A DNA stretch of 64,000 bases from Pseudomonadota bacterium (GTDB lineage Bacteria > Bdellovibrionota > FAC87 > UBA2466), in assembly GCA_043718025.1 (NCBI GenBank), contig JAYSWN010000068.1:11817-75816 (forward strand), given 5' to 3'. Positions within the stretch are counted from its first letter, which is position 1; each line of letters opens with the position of its first letter. Positions 19,821 to 29,096 of the stretch are shown in pieces. The translations under genes were made by a program, and so were the position numbers. The notes below the pieces were generated by a model. The model had not been told where the DNA came from, searched no databases, and saw only the letters and a list, made by a program, of their open reading frames with translations.

Positions 19821-20125
19821 TGACTGGTGTGAAATCAACCGCTACATACCAATTCAAAAGACCCGAGATCGAAGAGCGAACTCGGGCTACGATTCTAAAG
19901 GTCATGCAAAAGACCGTCGCTTTACGAAAGGCTGATTCGTTTGTTTCGGTACTGGGTTTCAATTCTCTGCGAATGGTTTCGCTTTCTCTCGCGTTAGAAG
20001 AGGAGTTTGGCAGTCAGCTTCTGCTGAACGACTGGATTGCTAGCGCTGACGATCCTCGTGATCTTACCGTGGGCTCCCTCTATGACTACGTGGAGAAAGC
20101 GCTCGCTGACGGCCTGAACGCATAA
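19820..20125 (+). CDS. stand-alone acyl/peptidyl carrier protein (PP-binding)
   Basis: 101 aa. VLGFNSLRMVSLSLALEEEFG matches the carrier-protein Ser motif, with N-S instead of D-S. The ATG overlaps the P450 stop (TAATG). Confidence 0.7.
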   Translation: MTGVKSTATYQFKRPEIEERTRATILKVMQKTVALRKADSFVSVLGFNSLRMVSLSLALEEEFGSQLLLNDWIASADDPRDLTVGSLYDYVEKALADGLNA

Positions 20126-20189
20126 TTCTGTTCAGATAGTAACCCCGCACTTTCTTTGCGCTTTGCCATTCCGGTAAAGGAGATCTGTC

Positions 20190-22010
20190 ATGTCTTTGAC
20201 GTGTGAAACCAAAGGGCCATACCTCCGGGTTTGGTTTGACACTCCCAATTCTGAAATTAATATTTTCGACCATCCTACCGCTGAAGCACTAACCAAAATT
20301 TTGGCAATCGTTGACCCTAGGATTCACAAAGCGGTTCTGTTTCTTTCCAGCAAACCGGCAAGTTACATCAACGGAGTTGGGCTGCTTTTGGCCAGCGCAA
20401 TTAAGAACGCCGACGAGGCGATTAAGTTAACCGCACCCACTCGCCAGGCCTATCTAGCGGTTAAAAATTGCATTGTTCCAACGGTGGCCGTGGTCAAGGG
20501 CAGCTGCTTTGGATGCGGAGTTGAATTCATTTCACATTGCACGTACCGGGTGGCCGTCGAATCATTAGAAACTACTTTCTACATGACAGAAATTCCTGAA
20601 TACATTTTTGTTCCTGCATTCGGAGGCACTCAGCTTCTTCCCCCCCTGGTGGGCTTAGAGAAAGCTACCGATCTGATTTTGTGGGGTGAAAAGTGGGACA
20701 CGCCTACCGCGAAGAGATTTGGTCTGCTCAATGAAACTGTCCCTCTGCTGAATTGGGAACGAAATTTAGAAAAACTTTTGCCAAAACTAATCGAAAAAAA
20801 AATGGAGAGAAAGAAAGCGCCGAAGAAGACGCACGAGTCTTTGTGGACCAAGACCGAAGGGCGCATTCTTTCGTTACCGCCTTCCTACCAAAAACCGTAT
20901 CATGACGCCTATCACCTACTCCAGATTGGCGCGGCGGCTGACGCTTTTAACGAACTCACTTCGCGACGAGAACTTAAGGCGTCGATGGAAAGCGTGATGC
21001 GAAACGAGAGCAAGATGGCGCTCTCATTTTTCTTTGTGCGACAGTCTGCTCGCCTGATTGCAGAAAAAGGGCGCCTCGATAACCAACGGGCAATTCTAAA
21101 TCTGCGATTGCCCAAGGCCGCTATGGCTTGGGGCAGGTCATTGGTAAACCAGGATCCCGAGAGCTTTAGCTTCAAACTTCAGAGTTACGTGCCCGGCCGG
21201 GCGGCTGGCGTTTTTCTTGAAACCGGAAACAGTGAGTCCATTCCCTTCTACGTAGGTAGCGCTCCTTTAAACCAAAGGCGAAACGAAGTTCCCCGCCACG
21301 GCGTTTACTGGCCCGGCTATCAGAGCCAATGCAAACTGGTCGAGATCCGCAACGTGGTTTCACCCTTGGCCCGGGCCGAGGTGGCGTTTTGTTTCCATAA
21401 AATGGGTTTTACGACGGTAGTTTCCCACGGCGAAGGGGGATTTTTTCTAGACGAGCTGTGGAAAAATACGGTTGGGGGGTTGGCGTCTCTTTGTGAGCAT
21501 TCGGTCTCTCCTGAGGAGGTCATCGAATCGCTGTGCGATTTTGGCTTCCTTGATTTTCCGGCAACTTGGGCCAAGCGCTTTGGAACATCGCTTACTTCAT
21601 CCATTTCAAGGGCGGCGGCCGGCAATCAGAGGAAGGATCCACAAACCGGAGACAAGGTGCGGGCTTGGGCGGAGCGTTTGCAAAAGTCTCCGCGGCAGGT
21701 CGCCAAGACGGGAACCAGCATTAACCCAATTGTCGTTAAAACCCTCGTGGCCTGGTGGATGAGTGTTGTGGTGAAAACGTTCTCGGATTCAAAGATCGCC
21801 CATTTGGCGTTTGCCGATGTGGCGGCCCGCGAAATGTTGGGTTTCCCCCTGTCGCACTTAAGTCTTTCGCGTTTTGCTACCAAGAAATGGCTTAGAAGCG
21901 AGGTGCTGGCTTCGCATGAAGTGCTAGGGCAATTGCCGCCGGAAGTGGCTGACCCTCTTCGCTATTACACTGATTTCGAAACGGTGCGATCGCCGCGTCA
22001 GAGATCGTGA
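20190..22010 (+). CDS. FadB/FadJ-like protein: crotonase (enoyl-CoA hydratase/isomerase) N-domain plus truncated 3-hydroxyacyl-CoA dehydrogenase-like C-part
   Basis: Crotonase motifs VVKGSCFGCGVEF and TEIPEYIFVPAFGGTQ are present with both catalytic Glu positions. KLVEIRN...GFTTVVSHGEGGFFLDELW aligns by eye with FadB PLVEVIRG...PGFFVNRVL. No GxGxxG NAD loop is recognisable. AAAGGAG SD. Confidence 0.75.
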   Translation: MSLTCETKGPYLRVWFDTPNSEINIFDHPTAEALTKILAIVDPRIHKAVLFLSSKPASYINGVGLLLASAIKNADEAIKLTAPTRQAYLAVKNCIVPTVAVVKGSCFGCGVEFISHCTYRVAVESLETTFYMTEIPEYIFVPAFGGTQLLPPLVGLEKATDLILWGEKWDTPTAKRFGLLNETVPLLNWERNLEKLLPKLIEKKMERKKAPKKTHESLWTKTEGRILSLPPSYQKPYHDAYHLLQIGAAADAFNELTSRRELKASMESVMRNESKMALSFFFVRQSARLIAEKGRLDNQRAILNLRLPKAAMAWGRSLVNQDPESFSFKLQSYVPGRAAGVFLETGNSESIPFYVGSAPLNQRRNEVPRHGVYWPGYQSQCKLVEIRNVVSPLARAEVAFCFHKMGFTTVVSHGEGGFFLDELWKNTVGGLASLCEHSVSPEEVIESLCDFGFLDFPATWAKRFGTSLTSSISRAAAGNQRKDPQTGDKVRAWAERLQKSPRQVAKTGTSINPIVVKTLVAWWMSVVVKTFSDSKIAHLAFADVAAREMLGFPLSHLSLSRFATKKWLRSEVLASHEVLGQLPPEVADPLRYYTDFETVRSPRQRS

Positions 22011-22067
22011 AGGTTTCTTAACTTTTGCCCGCCAAATACCGATAGGGAACATTAGAGGACCCTTATC

Positions 22068-25000
22068 GTGTTACAGCAAACCACCGATACTGCGCAGGAA
22101 ACTCTCCCTGCACTTGGCGAAAATCTTTCGCTGATGTGGGAGAGAATTTCCCGTTTCGCGCAATCTGATCCTAAAAGAGTCGCTTTGAGCCGTCTTTCGG
22201 CTCGCGGCGGTGAATTTACTGAAGACACTATCACCTACGGAAAATTGGAGCACGAAGCTCTCTCATTGGCGGTCTACTTTAAATCGCGCGGCTACTCCAA
22301 GGGGTCGTGTGTTCTTATGCTCGTTGAAGACCCCATTGATTTTGTCACCACACTTCTGGGGTTAACCCGGGCGGGTCTGGTGCCGGTTCCGCTTCCTCCC
22401 TTTCGCGGATTCGGGCGGATGCCGGCTTTTGAAGAGCGCTTGCAGGGAGTGGTGCGAGTCTGCCGGCCATGCCTCGTGGTTTCCGATGACACTCATTCGT
22501 GGAAAAAGAACAAAGACGAGATGGTGGCGCAGATTCCCTGCGAACACATCAGTCACGTTCGCGCTGAGTCTCTCATCCGCGAGAAACTTAAGGAAGATCG
22601 TGACCTTCCCTTGCCCACCAAAGACGACATCGCCTTTTTACAATTCACCTCGGGGAGTACCGGAGAACCCAAGGGCGTTGTCATCACTCACGAAAATTTA
22701 GCGGCCAATCTAACGGCGATGGGTCTGGCGACCGAATTTCGAGCCGATTCCGATCGTGTCGTGTCTTGGCTTCCTCTCCATCATGACATGGGCCTAGTGG
22801 GAGGCCTGTTATTCCCCCTTTATTGGAAAGTGCCCACCTACTTGATGTCACCTTTGAACTTCGTGGCTCAGCCATCGAGCTGGCTCTGGGCAATTCACCG
22901 CTATCACGCCACGATGACGGTGGGCCCTAACTTCGCCTATTCAGTGTTGGTAAAGCGGGCTCCGGACTGGGAACTAACTGGTCTCGACCTTTCTACATTG
23001 CGCTTGGCTTTCTGTGGCGCCGAACCCATCGATAGCAAAGTGATTACCCAGTTCAATCGGCGATTTTCTGCCTTCGGAGTCCGTTCCAGCGCCTTCTTTC
23101 CGGTATATGGAATGGCCGAAGCCACGCTCGCCGTAACTTTTCCTCCGTTGAATCAAGAAGCAGTTTATGAAAACGTGAATCGGGCTCACCTCATTGAGAA
23201 TGCCGAGGCCATCGTTTCTTTACAGGATTCTACCATTCCTTGCGTTTCTGTCGGCCAGCCTTTGCCAGGTCACAAGGTGAGCATTCGCAGTTTAGAGACT
23301 GATGAAGTGCTTGGAGATCGAAAGGTCGGTGAGATCGTCGTGTCCGGCCCCTCGATCAGTCGCGGCTATTTTGGTTTACCGCTGCGCTCTGGAGAATTGA
23401 AAACCGGCGACATTGGCTATCAGGCCAACGGAACTCTTTTTGTTATCGATCGCAAGAAAGATCTGATCATCATTGCCGGTCAGAACTATTATCCCTCAGA
23501 TTTGGAGCGTCATCTGGCGATGGTGGCTGGCATTCGCACGGGACGAGTCGCCACTTTCTCAGTCTCTAACGGTAGCGAGATTGAAGAGCTGGTAGTCGTA
23601 GCGGAACTCGGCCCTCATTCCTTCTCGCAACGCGATCAGATCCGACGCGAAATTGAAGGTAAAATTCATGAAACGTTTGGTCTTTCGGTCGCAAAAATAA
23701 TTTTCGTCATGCCTGGCCGTCTCCCCAAAACCACAAGCGGGAAGATTCGTCGGAAAGAGTGTGCCGAAATTTACGAACGCGGCGGATTCGCGAACCAATT
23801 TACCAAAGCACAAAGGGCATCACTGGCGGTTAAGAGCGGGCTTCGGCGTATCGTAATGCGACTCGTTCGCCTCAAAGCAGATGGCTGGAAACAGGTTTTC
23901 GACCAGGTCATGGAAGTCATCGAGTATTTTGTGCCGCCCGCGCTTCGCCAGGCCGATGCCGAGACCAAACGCCGCGCCAACTTGGTCGTCTTCTTTGCCT
24001 TTGCGGTTTCATTTTGGGCACCGGTATATGGCGCCGTATACGCTTTTGTATTGGAACTCCCGGTTGTTGGTTTCGCTATCTTGCTCGCCGGGGTCGGTGG
24101 CGCCGTGGTGCCGATATTGTTGCGCTTCACCGGGCGCATCAACCTTGCCGGTAATCTGTTAACCTTTCATTTGTTTTGGATCTTGTCTTACGCCGCGTGG
24201 TACAGCGGGGGACAAGGGTCGGCCCCTTTGATGTGGATGGTAGCGGTTCCCATGGTTGCCATTTGCATGTCCGGAACGAAGGCCGGAGTCCATTGGGGCG
24301 TAGCCGCCCTGGTCGAGCTTTTGGCCTTTTTTTGTTTCGATAAATTGGGCTGGGGAAGTCCACATGAATTGAGCGTGGATAAAGCGCGCTTTTTAAATAC
24401 TTCGGTACTATGCGGATTGCTCACTTTGATTACTACGCTGACGTTGCTCTATGAAGCGATGAAAAAAATGGCAATGCAAACGATCGAGGCCAACAATAAA
24501 GCGATCGCAAAGGGCCACGCTCGTTTGGGAGCCGTTTTAGATCACGCGCCAAACGGCATTGTTACCGTGGACCAGTTTGGCGCAATCGAAACCAGCAATC
24601 GGGCTGCGGAGCAAATGTTTGGTTTCACGAGCGGCGAGCTTAAAGGAAAACCTTTCAATTCTTTGTTGGTGCGGCTTTCTCTAGTTCATGGCGAAGAGAC
24701 AATCGAGGTGCCGGCTTTTCGCGATCTGTTCAAATCAGGCGGTAAACATTTTGAGGCGGTGGCCACCAACCGGGCCGGCAGCACCTTTGCGGTGGAATTC
24801 GGGGTGAGTGAGGCTGCGCTCGACCATTGGCGAATTTATACCATCATAATTGAAGATGTTACTGACCGTAAGCGTGCGGGTATGGAGTTGTTGAGGGCAA
24901 AAGAAATTGCGGAGGCCGCAAATATAGCAAAATCTACGTTTCTTGCGAATATGTCGCACGAGCTGCGCACGCCGATGCACGGTATCATCAGCTACGCCAC

Positions 25001-25646
25001 ATTCGGTCGGCGCGAATATCAAAAAGCATCTCCAGAAAAAATCTCGGGCTACTTTCAACACATTTTAGAAAGCGCCCACCGGTTGCTTAGTCTGCTGAAT
25101 AATCTATTAGATCTTTCAAAATTCGAAGCTAATAAAATGAGATTTCAGCTCATCAAGGCAGATTTGGCACGGGTAGTGGAAATGGTTCATGGAGAATTGG
25201 CCGGCTACGCTAAAGAAAAAAGCGTGGAAATTTTATTCGAAAGACCAGCCAAACCGATAGCCTGTGCGTTTGATGACGAAAAGATATCCCAAGTGGTCCG
25301 TAATCTGTTTTCGAACGCGATCAAATTTTCAAATCCGCAAACTGCGATTAAAATTGAAATTGGTTATACTGAACTGCCGCAGCGTGGAGTCTATTTTGCA
25401 ATCACAAATCAGGGTGTCGGAATTCCCGCCAACGAATTAGAACTTATTTTTGATAAGTTTGTACAAAGCAGTAAAACCCATTCTGGTTCCGGTGGTACGG
25501 GCTTAGGCCTGGCGATATGCCGCGAAATTTTGAATGGGCATAAAGGCAAAATATTTGCGTCGAATGACAATGATGGACGAACCCGATTCACATTCATTCT
25601 ACCTGCACAAGTTGAAGTCCTTGCAAAAAATCTGGAGGCAGCATGA
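22068..25646 (+). CDS. fusion protein: fatty acyl-AMP ligase (FAAL) - 6 TM helices - PAS - HisKA - HATPase_c sensor histidine kinase
   Basis: aa 1-575 carry FLQFTSGSTGEPKGVVITHENL, WLPLHHDMGL, GPNFAY, FCGAEP, YGMAEATL, TGDIGY, DRKKDLIIIAGQNYYPSDLE and KTTSGKIRR (FadD32-type adenylation motifs). aa ~637-796 form six hydrophobic helices. A PAS domain spans ~815-935. H-box MSHELRTP (His964, nt 24957-24959), N-box RNLFSNAIKFS, NQGVGIP, GGTGLGLAI. Confidence 0.85.
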   Translation: MLQQTTDTAQETLPALGENLSLMWERISRFAQSDPKRVALSRLSARGGEFTEDTITYGKLEHEALSLAVYFKSRGYSKGSCVLMLVEDPIDFVTTLLGLTRAGLVPVPLPPFRGFGRMPAFEERLQGVVRVCRPCLVVSDDTHSWKKNKDEMVAQIPCEHISHVRAESLIREKLKEDRDLPLPTKDDIAFLQFTSGSTGEPKGVVITHENLAANLTAMGLATEFRADSDRVVSWLPLHHDMGLVGGLLFPLYWKVPTYLMSPLNFVAQPSSWLWAIHRYHATMTVGPNFAYSVLVKRAPDWELTGLDLSTLRLAFCGAEPIDSKVITQFNRRFSAFGVRSSAFFPVYGMAEATLAVTFPPLNQEAVYENVNRAHLIENAEAIVSLQDSTIPCVSVGQPLPGHKVSIRSLETDEVLGDRKVGEIVVSGPSISRGYFGLPLRSGELKTGDIGYQANGTLFVIDRKKDLIIIAGQNYYPSDLERHLAMVAGIRTGRVATFSVSNGSEIEELVVVAELGPHSFSQRDQIRREIEGKIHETFGLSVAKIIFVMPGRLPKTTSGKIRRKECAEIYERGGFANQFTKAQRASLAVKSGLRRIVMRLVRLKADGWKQVFDQVMEVIEYFVPPALRQADAETKRRANLVVFFAFAVSFWAPVYGAVYAFVLELPVVGFAILLAGVGGAVVPILLRFTGRINLAGNLLTFHLFWILSYAAWYSGGQGSAPLMWMVAVPMVAICMSGTKAGVHWGVAALVELLAFFCFDKLGWGSPHELSVDKARFLNTSVLCGLLTLITTLTLLYEAMKKMAMQTIEANNKAIAKGHARLGAVLDHAPNGIVTVDQFGAIETSNRAAEQMFGFTSGELKGKPFNSLLVRLSLVHGEETIEVPAFRDLFKSGGKHFEAVATNRAGSTFAVEFGVSEAALDHWRIYTIIIEDVTDRKRAGMELLRAKEIAEAANIAKSTFLANMSHELRTPMHGIISYATFGRREYQKASPEKISGYFQHILESAHRLLSLLNNLLDLSKFEANKMRFQLIKADLARVVEMVHGELAGYAKEKSVEILFERPAKPIACAFDDEKISQVVRNLFSNAIKFSNPQTAIKIEIGYTELPQRGVYFAITNQGVGIPANELELIFDKFVQSSKTHSGSGGTGLGLAICREILNGHKGKIFASNDNDGRTRFTFILPAQVEVLAKNLEAA

Positions 25647-27232
25647 GCAATGAATTGCCGAAACTTGGAAGTGTCTTGGTCGTCGATGACGATCCCCGTA
25701 ACCTCGATATCATCTGCCATCTGCTGGAAGATCTGGTGAAGGAAGTGGTAACCGCAGCCGATGCTAAGGAAGCCATTCAAAAATTGGAAACTTTCGATGC
25801 GGACCTGGGACTGTTCGACATCATGATGCCTGGCATGAACGGTTACGAACTTTGTCAGTTGGCAAAAGAGAAATATCCGCACCTTAAAGTAGTATTAGTT
25901 TCGGCCAAGGCCTCTTTAGAAGAACGCATGGCCGGCTATGACGTGGGGGCGGACGACTACATTCCCAAACCTTTCGATCACGATGAGTTTATCGCCAAAG
26001 TACGGGTACTCATTAAACTGCAATTGGTTGAGAAGGAGCTGCGTCAATTCAACCAGGATTTAGAAACGCGGGTGCTGGAGCGTACCCAAGAAGTACAGAA
26101 CATGTACCAGCAGCTTCTCTTGTCATCGAAACTGGCTTCGTTAGGTGAGCTGTCGGCAAGTATCGCCCACGAAATTAACAATCCCCTTACCATTCTCAAA
26201 GGGAACGTTGATTACCTGCGCGAAGTGCTTGAAAAGAAAGGCTCTAAAGAACTGATTGCGGTTTTAGACCAACAAGACAAGGCGATTGTGCGGGTGGTGA
26301 ACATCATTCAGGGGCTTCGTCGCCATGCCCGCCACGATGACGCGGAAGTCGTTAGCTTTAATGTGCACAAATCAATTGAGGAGACTCTTTCGTTGATTCG
26401 TCCCTTGCTCAGTGGCGACAACGTCGCGTTGGTTACGAATTTATCCGCCGATTCACCCTACACCCGGGGGGTTCCGACGCGATTTCAACAAATTCTGATG
26501 AATTTGGCGACCAACGCCCGTGATGCCCTTAAAGGAGTCGCTGGAGCAACAATTGAAATTTCTACCCGCAGCGTAAAAGACAAATTAGAGATCGCGATCT
26601 CAGATAATGGCTGCGGCATTCCCGATCCAGTACGAAATAAGATCTTTGATCCGTTCTTCACGACCAAGGCAGTTGAACAAGGCACTGGTCTAGGTCTTTC
26701 GATTGTGGGTTCGATTATTTCTGAAATGAATGGCACGGTGCAGGTGAGTTCGTCGCCCAATCGGGGGACCACTTTCACGCTATATTTTCCCTGTCTTCGC
26801 TCGGAAGAGGTGCTGTTCCAAAAAGAGGCGGGGAGCGGGGCGGCCCCGGCCGAGATTCAGCTTAAAGGAAGAGTTTTGGTGGTGGAGGACGAAGAGGTGA
26901 TTGCCCACTTGGTCAGTCGCTATTTGCAGGACCTGGGGTTAGACGTCTCCACGGTACTTAATGGCGAAGACGGTTTAGAAAAATTGAAACACGAAACGTT
27001 CGATTTAGTTCTCACCGATATGCAGCTTCCCCATCTGAAAGGTAACGAGTTGGTGGCGGAAGCCAAGCGGCTGGGACGATGGGGTAAAACTCGGGTCGTG
27101 GCGGTTACCGGACAGGTCGATCCGGCGCTGGCGCCTAAGGATGGAAAAAGAGGGGTGGTTGGTTTTGACGGCCTGCTTTCCAAGCCGTTCTCGAAAGGCG
27201 ATGTTTATGCGATCGTTCGAGACCTTTTATAG
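25643..27232 (+). CDS. soluble hybrid relay kinase REC-HisKA-HATPase_c-REC
   Basis: The ATG overlaps the upstream stop (ATGA). REC1 is VLVVDDD...LGLFDIMMPGMNG...DDYIPKPF. H-box SIAHEINNPL, NLATNARDAL, DNGCGIP, GTGLGLS. REC2 is VLVVEDEE...LVLTDMQLP...LSKPF. There are no TM segments. Confidence 0.85.
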   Translation: MSNELPKLGSVLVVDDDPRNLDIICHLLEDLVKEVVTAADAKEAIQKLETFDADLGLFDIMMPGMNGYELCQLAKEKYPHLKVVLVSAKASLEERMAGYDVGADDYIPKPFDHDEFIAKVRVLIKLQLVEKELRQFNQDLETRVLERTQEVQNMYQQLLLSSKLASLGELSASIAHEINNPLTILKGNVDYLREVLEKKGSKELIAVLDQQDKAIVRVVNIIQGLRRHARHDDAEVVSFNVHKSIEETLSLIRPLLSGDNVALVTNLSADSPYTRGVPTRFQQILMNLATNARDALKGVAGATIEISTRSVKDKLEIAISDNGCGIPDPVRNKIFDPFFTTKAVEQGTGLGLSIVGSIISEMNGTVQVSSSPNRGTTFTLYFPCLRSEEVLFQKEAGSGAAPAEIQLKGRVLVVEDEEVIAHLVSRYLQDLGLDVSTVLNGEDGLEKLKHETFDLVLTDMQLPHLKGNELVAEAKRLGRWGKTRVVAVTGQVDPALAPKDGKRGVVGFDGLLSKPFSKGDVYAIVRDLL

Positions 27233-27959
27233 CTTTTCACAACCCTTACCCCCCCTACTCCAACTCGAGGAGGGCGAGGTTCAAGTGGTTCGTTTGAATA
27301 TTGAGGAGCTGCGTCCTTTTCTGCGCGAGCTTCATGGCATTTTGACGCCTGAAGAACTTAAGCGCGCCACGCTCTTTCGCTATCCCAAAGATGGCGATGG
27401 CTTCATTTTGGTGCGTGGAGCGCTGCGGTTGATCTTGGGCCGTTATGCGGGGGTACACCCGCAAGAGATAGAGTTTGATCACAACTCCCAAGGTAAACCG
27501 CGTCTGGTTAAGTCGCAAAACGACATGGGTCTGGAATTTAATGTCTCGTTTTCTGGTTCCATTGCCATTTACGCGTTTGCAAAGGGGATTTCCCTCGGAA
27601 TTGATGTAGAGCAGCGCGATTCAAAACTAGATTTTAAAAGCGTAAAAGATCGGTTTTTGGACAAGATCGATTTCAATTTTTTGGAAGGGTTGCCGGAACT
27701 GCTCAAACGGGATGGCTTCTTTGCGTTGTGGACCCTGCGCGAGGCGGCCGCCAAAGCGGAAGGGGAAGGTATTTTTTTCAAAGCGGTAAACCGCCCCCTC
27801 CCACTCGATCACTGGACGGCAGTTTCCTTTTTTCCGGGCGCTGGTTACTCCGCCACTTTAGTGATGGAGCAGAAAGCCGAAGGTGGCAGCCGCCACGTTA
27901 CTTTTTGGAGTTGGTCTAACACCGCCGTCGGCCTCTCGCACGGACCTGATCTTGAATAG
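27201..27959 (+). CDS. Sfp-type 4'-phosphopantetheinyl transferase
   Basis: Motifs SQGKPRL, SLGIDVE, WTLREAAAKAEGEG. ATG 27201/27207 with AAAGG upstream lies inside the 3' end of the preceding gene (~32-nt overlap). Confidence 0.8.
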   Translation: MFMRSFETFYSFSQPLPPLLQLEEGEVQVVRLNIEELRPFLRELHGILTPEELKRATLFRYPKDGDGFILVRGALRLILGRYAGVHPQEIEFDHNSQGKPRLVKSQNDMGLEFNVSFSGSIAIYAFAKGISLGIDVEQRDSKLDFKSVKDRFLDKIDFNFLEGLPELLKRDGFFALWTLREAAAKAEGEGIFFKAVNRPLPLDHWTAVSFFPGAGYSATLVMEQKAEGGSRHVTFWSWSNTAVGLSHGPDLE

Positions 27960-27968
27960 GAGTTTTCT

Positions 27969-29096
27969 ATGCCCGAGATGATTACCGAAAGACCCCGAAT
28001 TCTTCTGGTGGATGACGAGAAGGAGATCGCCCAAGTGATCTCTCGCCTTCTGGACATTCATGGTTTTGATGTCACTCTGGCCCACACCGCGCAAGAGGCG
28101 TTGGACAGTATGGAGACCCAACTTCCCGAGCTGGTGCTTTCCGATGTGGTGATGCCCGGCAAAGATGGTTATGCGCTCTGTGGAGAGATTCGTCGGCGCT
28201 ATGAAGATAAAGTGGTTCCCATCATCCTGATTACGGGTAAGGACTGGAGCGGTGAACGGGCTCGTGGCCTAGAAGCCGGCGCTGACGACCTCATTACCAA
28301 ACCCATTGATAAGAATGAACTGCTTAACCGAATTCATTCCCTCGTAAAAATGAAAACGTTGCACGATTCCGTGGAGTCGCAAGCGCACAAACTTGCCGCC
28401 AAGGGGGCCGAACTCGAGACTAAAGTTAATGTGCAAACCAATCAGTTGGGTCAGCTAAAACGGTTTTTCTCCCCGCAGATTGCCGATTTTGTGCTTTCGC
28501 ACGCTTCCGAAGCAGTTTTTCAATCGCGTCGAAAAGACGTAACCGTAGTTTTTTTGGATCTGCGTGGCTTTACCGCCTTCGCCGAAAAGGCGCTCCCGGA
28601 ACAAGTAATGGAGGTTCTCGGTGAGTATTATGCAACCGCTGGCGATATCGCCCTTAAATTCAATGGCTCGATCGGTCGTTTGGCCGGGGATGGCATGATG
28701 TTTTTCTTGAATGATCCGGTTGAGATTCCCAACCACGCGGTGCGAGCGGTGGAAATGGCTTTGGCCATGCGCGAAGCCATGATTCGCTTGCGCGGCCAAT
28801 GGGTTCCCAAAGGGTATGAGTTAGACTTTGGCATCGGCATGGCCACCGGCCGTGCCACTATCGGTGCCGTCGGCTTTGAGAAATATTGGGATTATACCGT
28901 CATCGGGTCGGTTACCAACTTGGCTTCCCGTCTTTGCGATGAAGCGAAATCGGGTCAAATTCTCGCTTCCGAGCGTTTTTTGGGCGATACCGCCAATGGT
29001 TTTCGCACCCAACCGTTGGGCGTCGTGCCGCTCAAAGGGTTTGGTAATCCGGTTAAGATCTTTAACATCTTGGCTAAAAAGACTGACGAAAAATGA
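27969..29096 (+). CDS. response regulator with class III adenylate/guanylate cyclase output domain
   Basis: REC is ILLVDDE...LVLSDVVMPGKDG...DDLITKPI. Cyclase motifs are VTVVFLDLRGFTAF, GRLAGDGMMFF, IGMATGRATIGAVG, YTVIGSVTNLASRL. It starts 9 nt after the PPTase gene. Confidence 0.85.
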   Translation: MPEMITERPRILLVDDEKEIAQVISRLLDIHGFDVTLAHTAQEALDSMETQLPELVLSDVVMPGKDGYALCGEIRRRYEDKVVPIILITGKDWSGERARGLEAGADDLITKPIDKNELLNRIHSLVKMKTLHDSVESQAHKLAAKGAELETKVNVQTNQLGQLKRFFSPQIADFVLSHASEAVFQSRRKDVTVVFLDLRGFTAFAEKALPEQVMEVLGEYYATAGDIALKFNGSIGRLAGDGMMFFLNDPVEIPNHAVRAVEMALAMREAMIRLRGQWVPKGYELDFGIGMATGRATIGAVGFEKYWDYTVIGSVTNLASRLCDEAKSGQILASERFLGDTANGFRTQPLGVVPLKGFGNPVKIFNILAKKTDEK

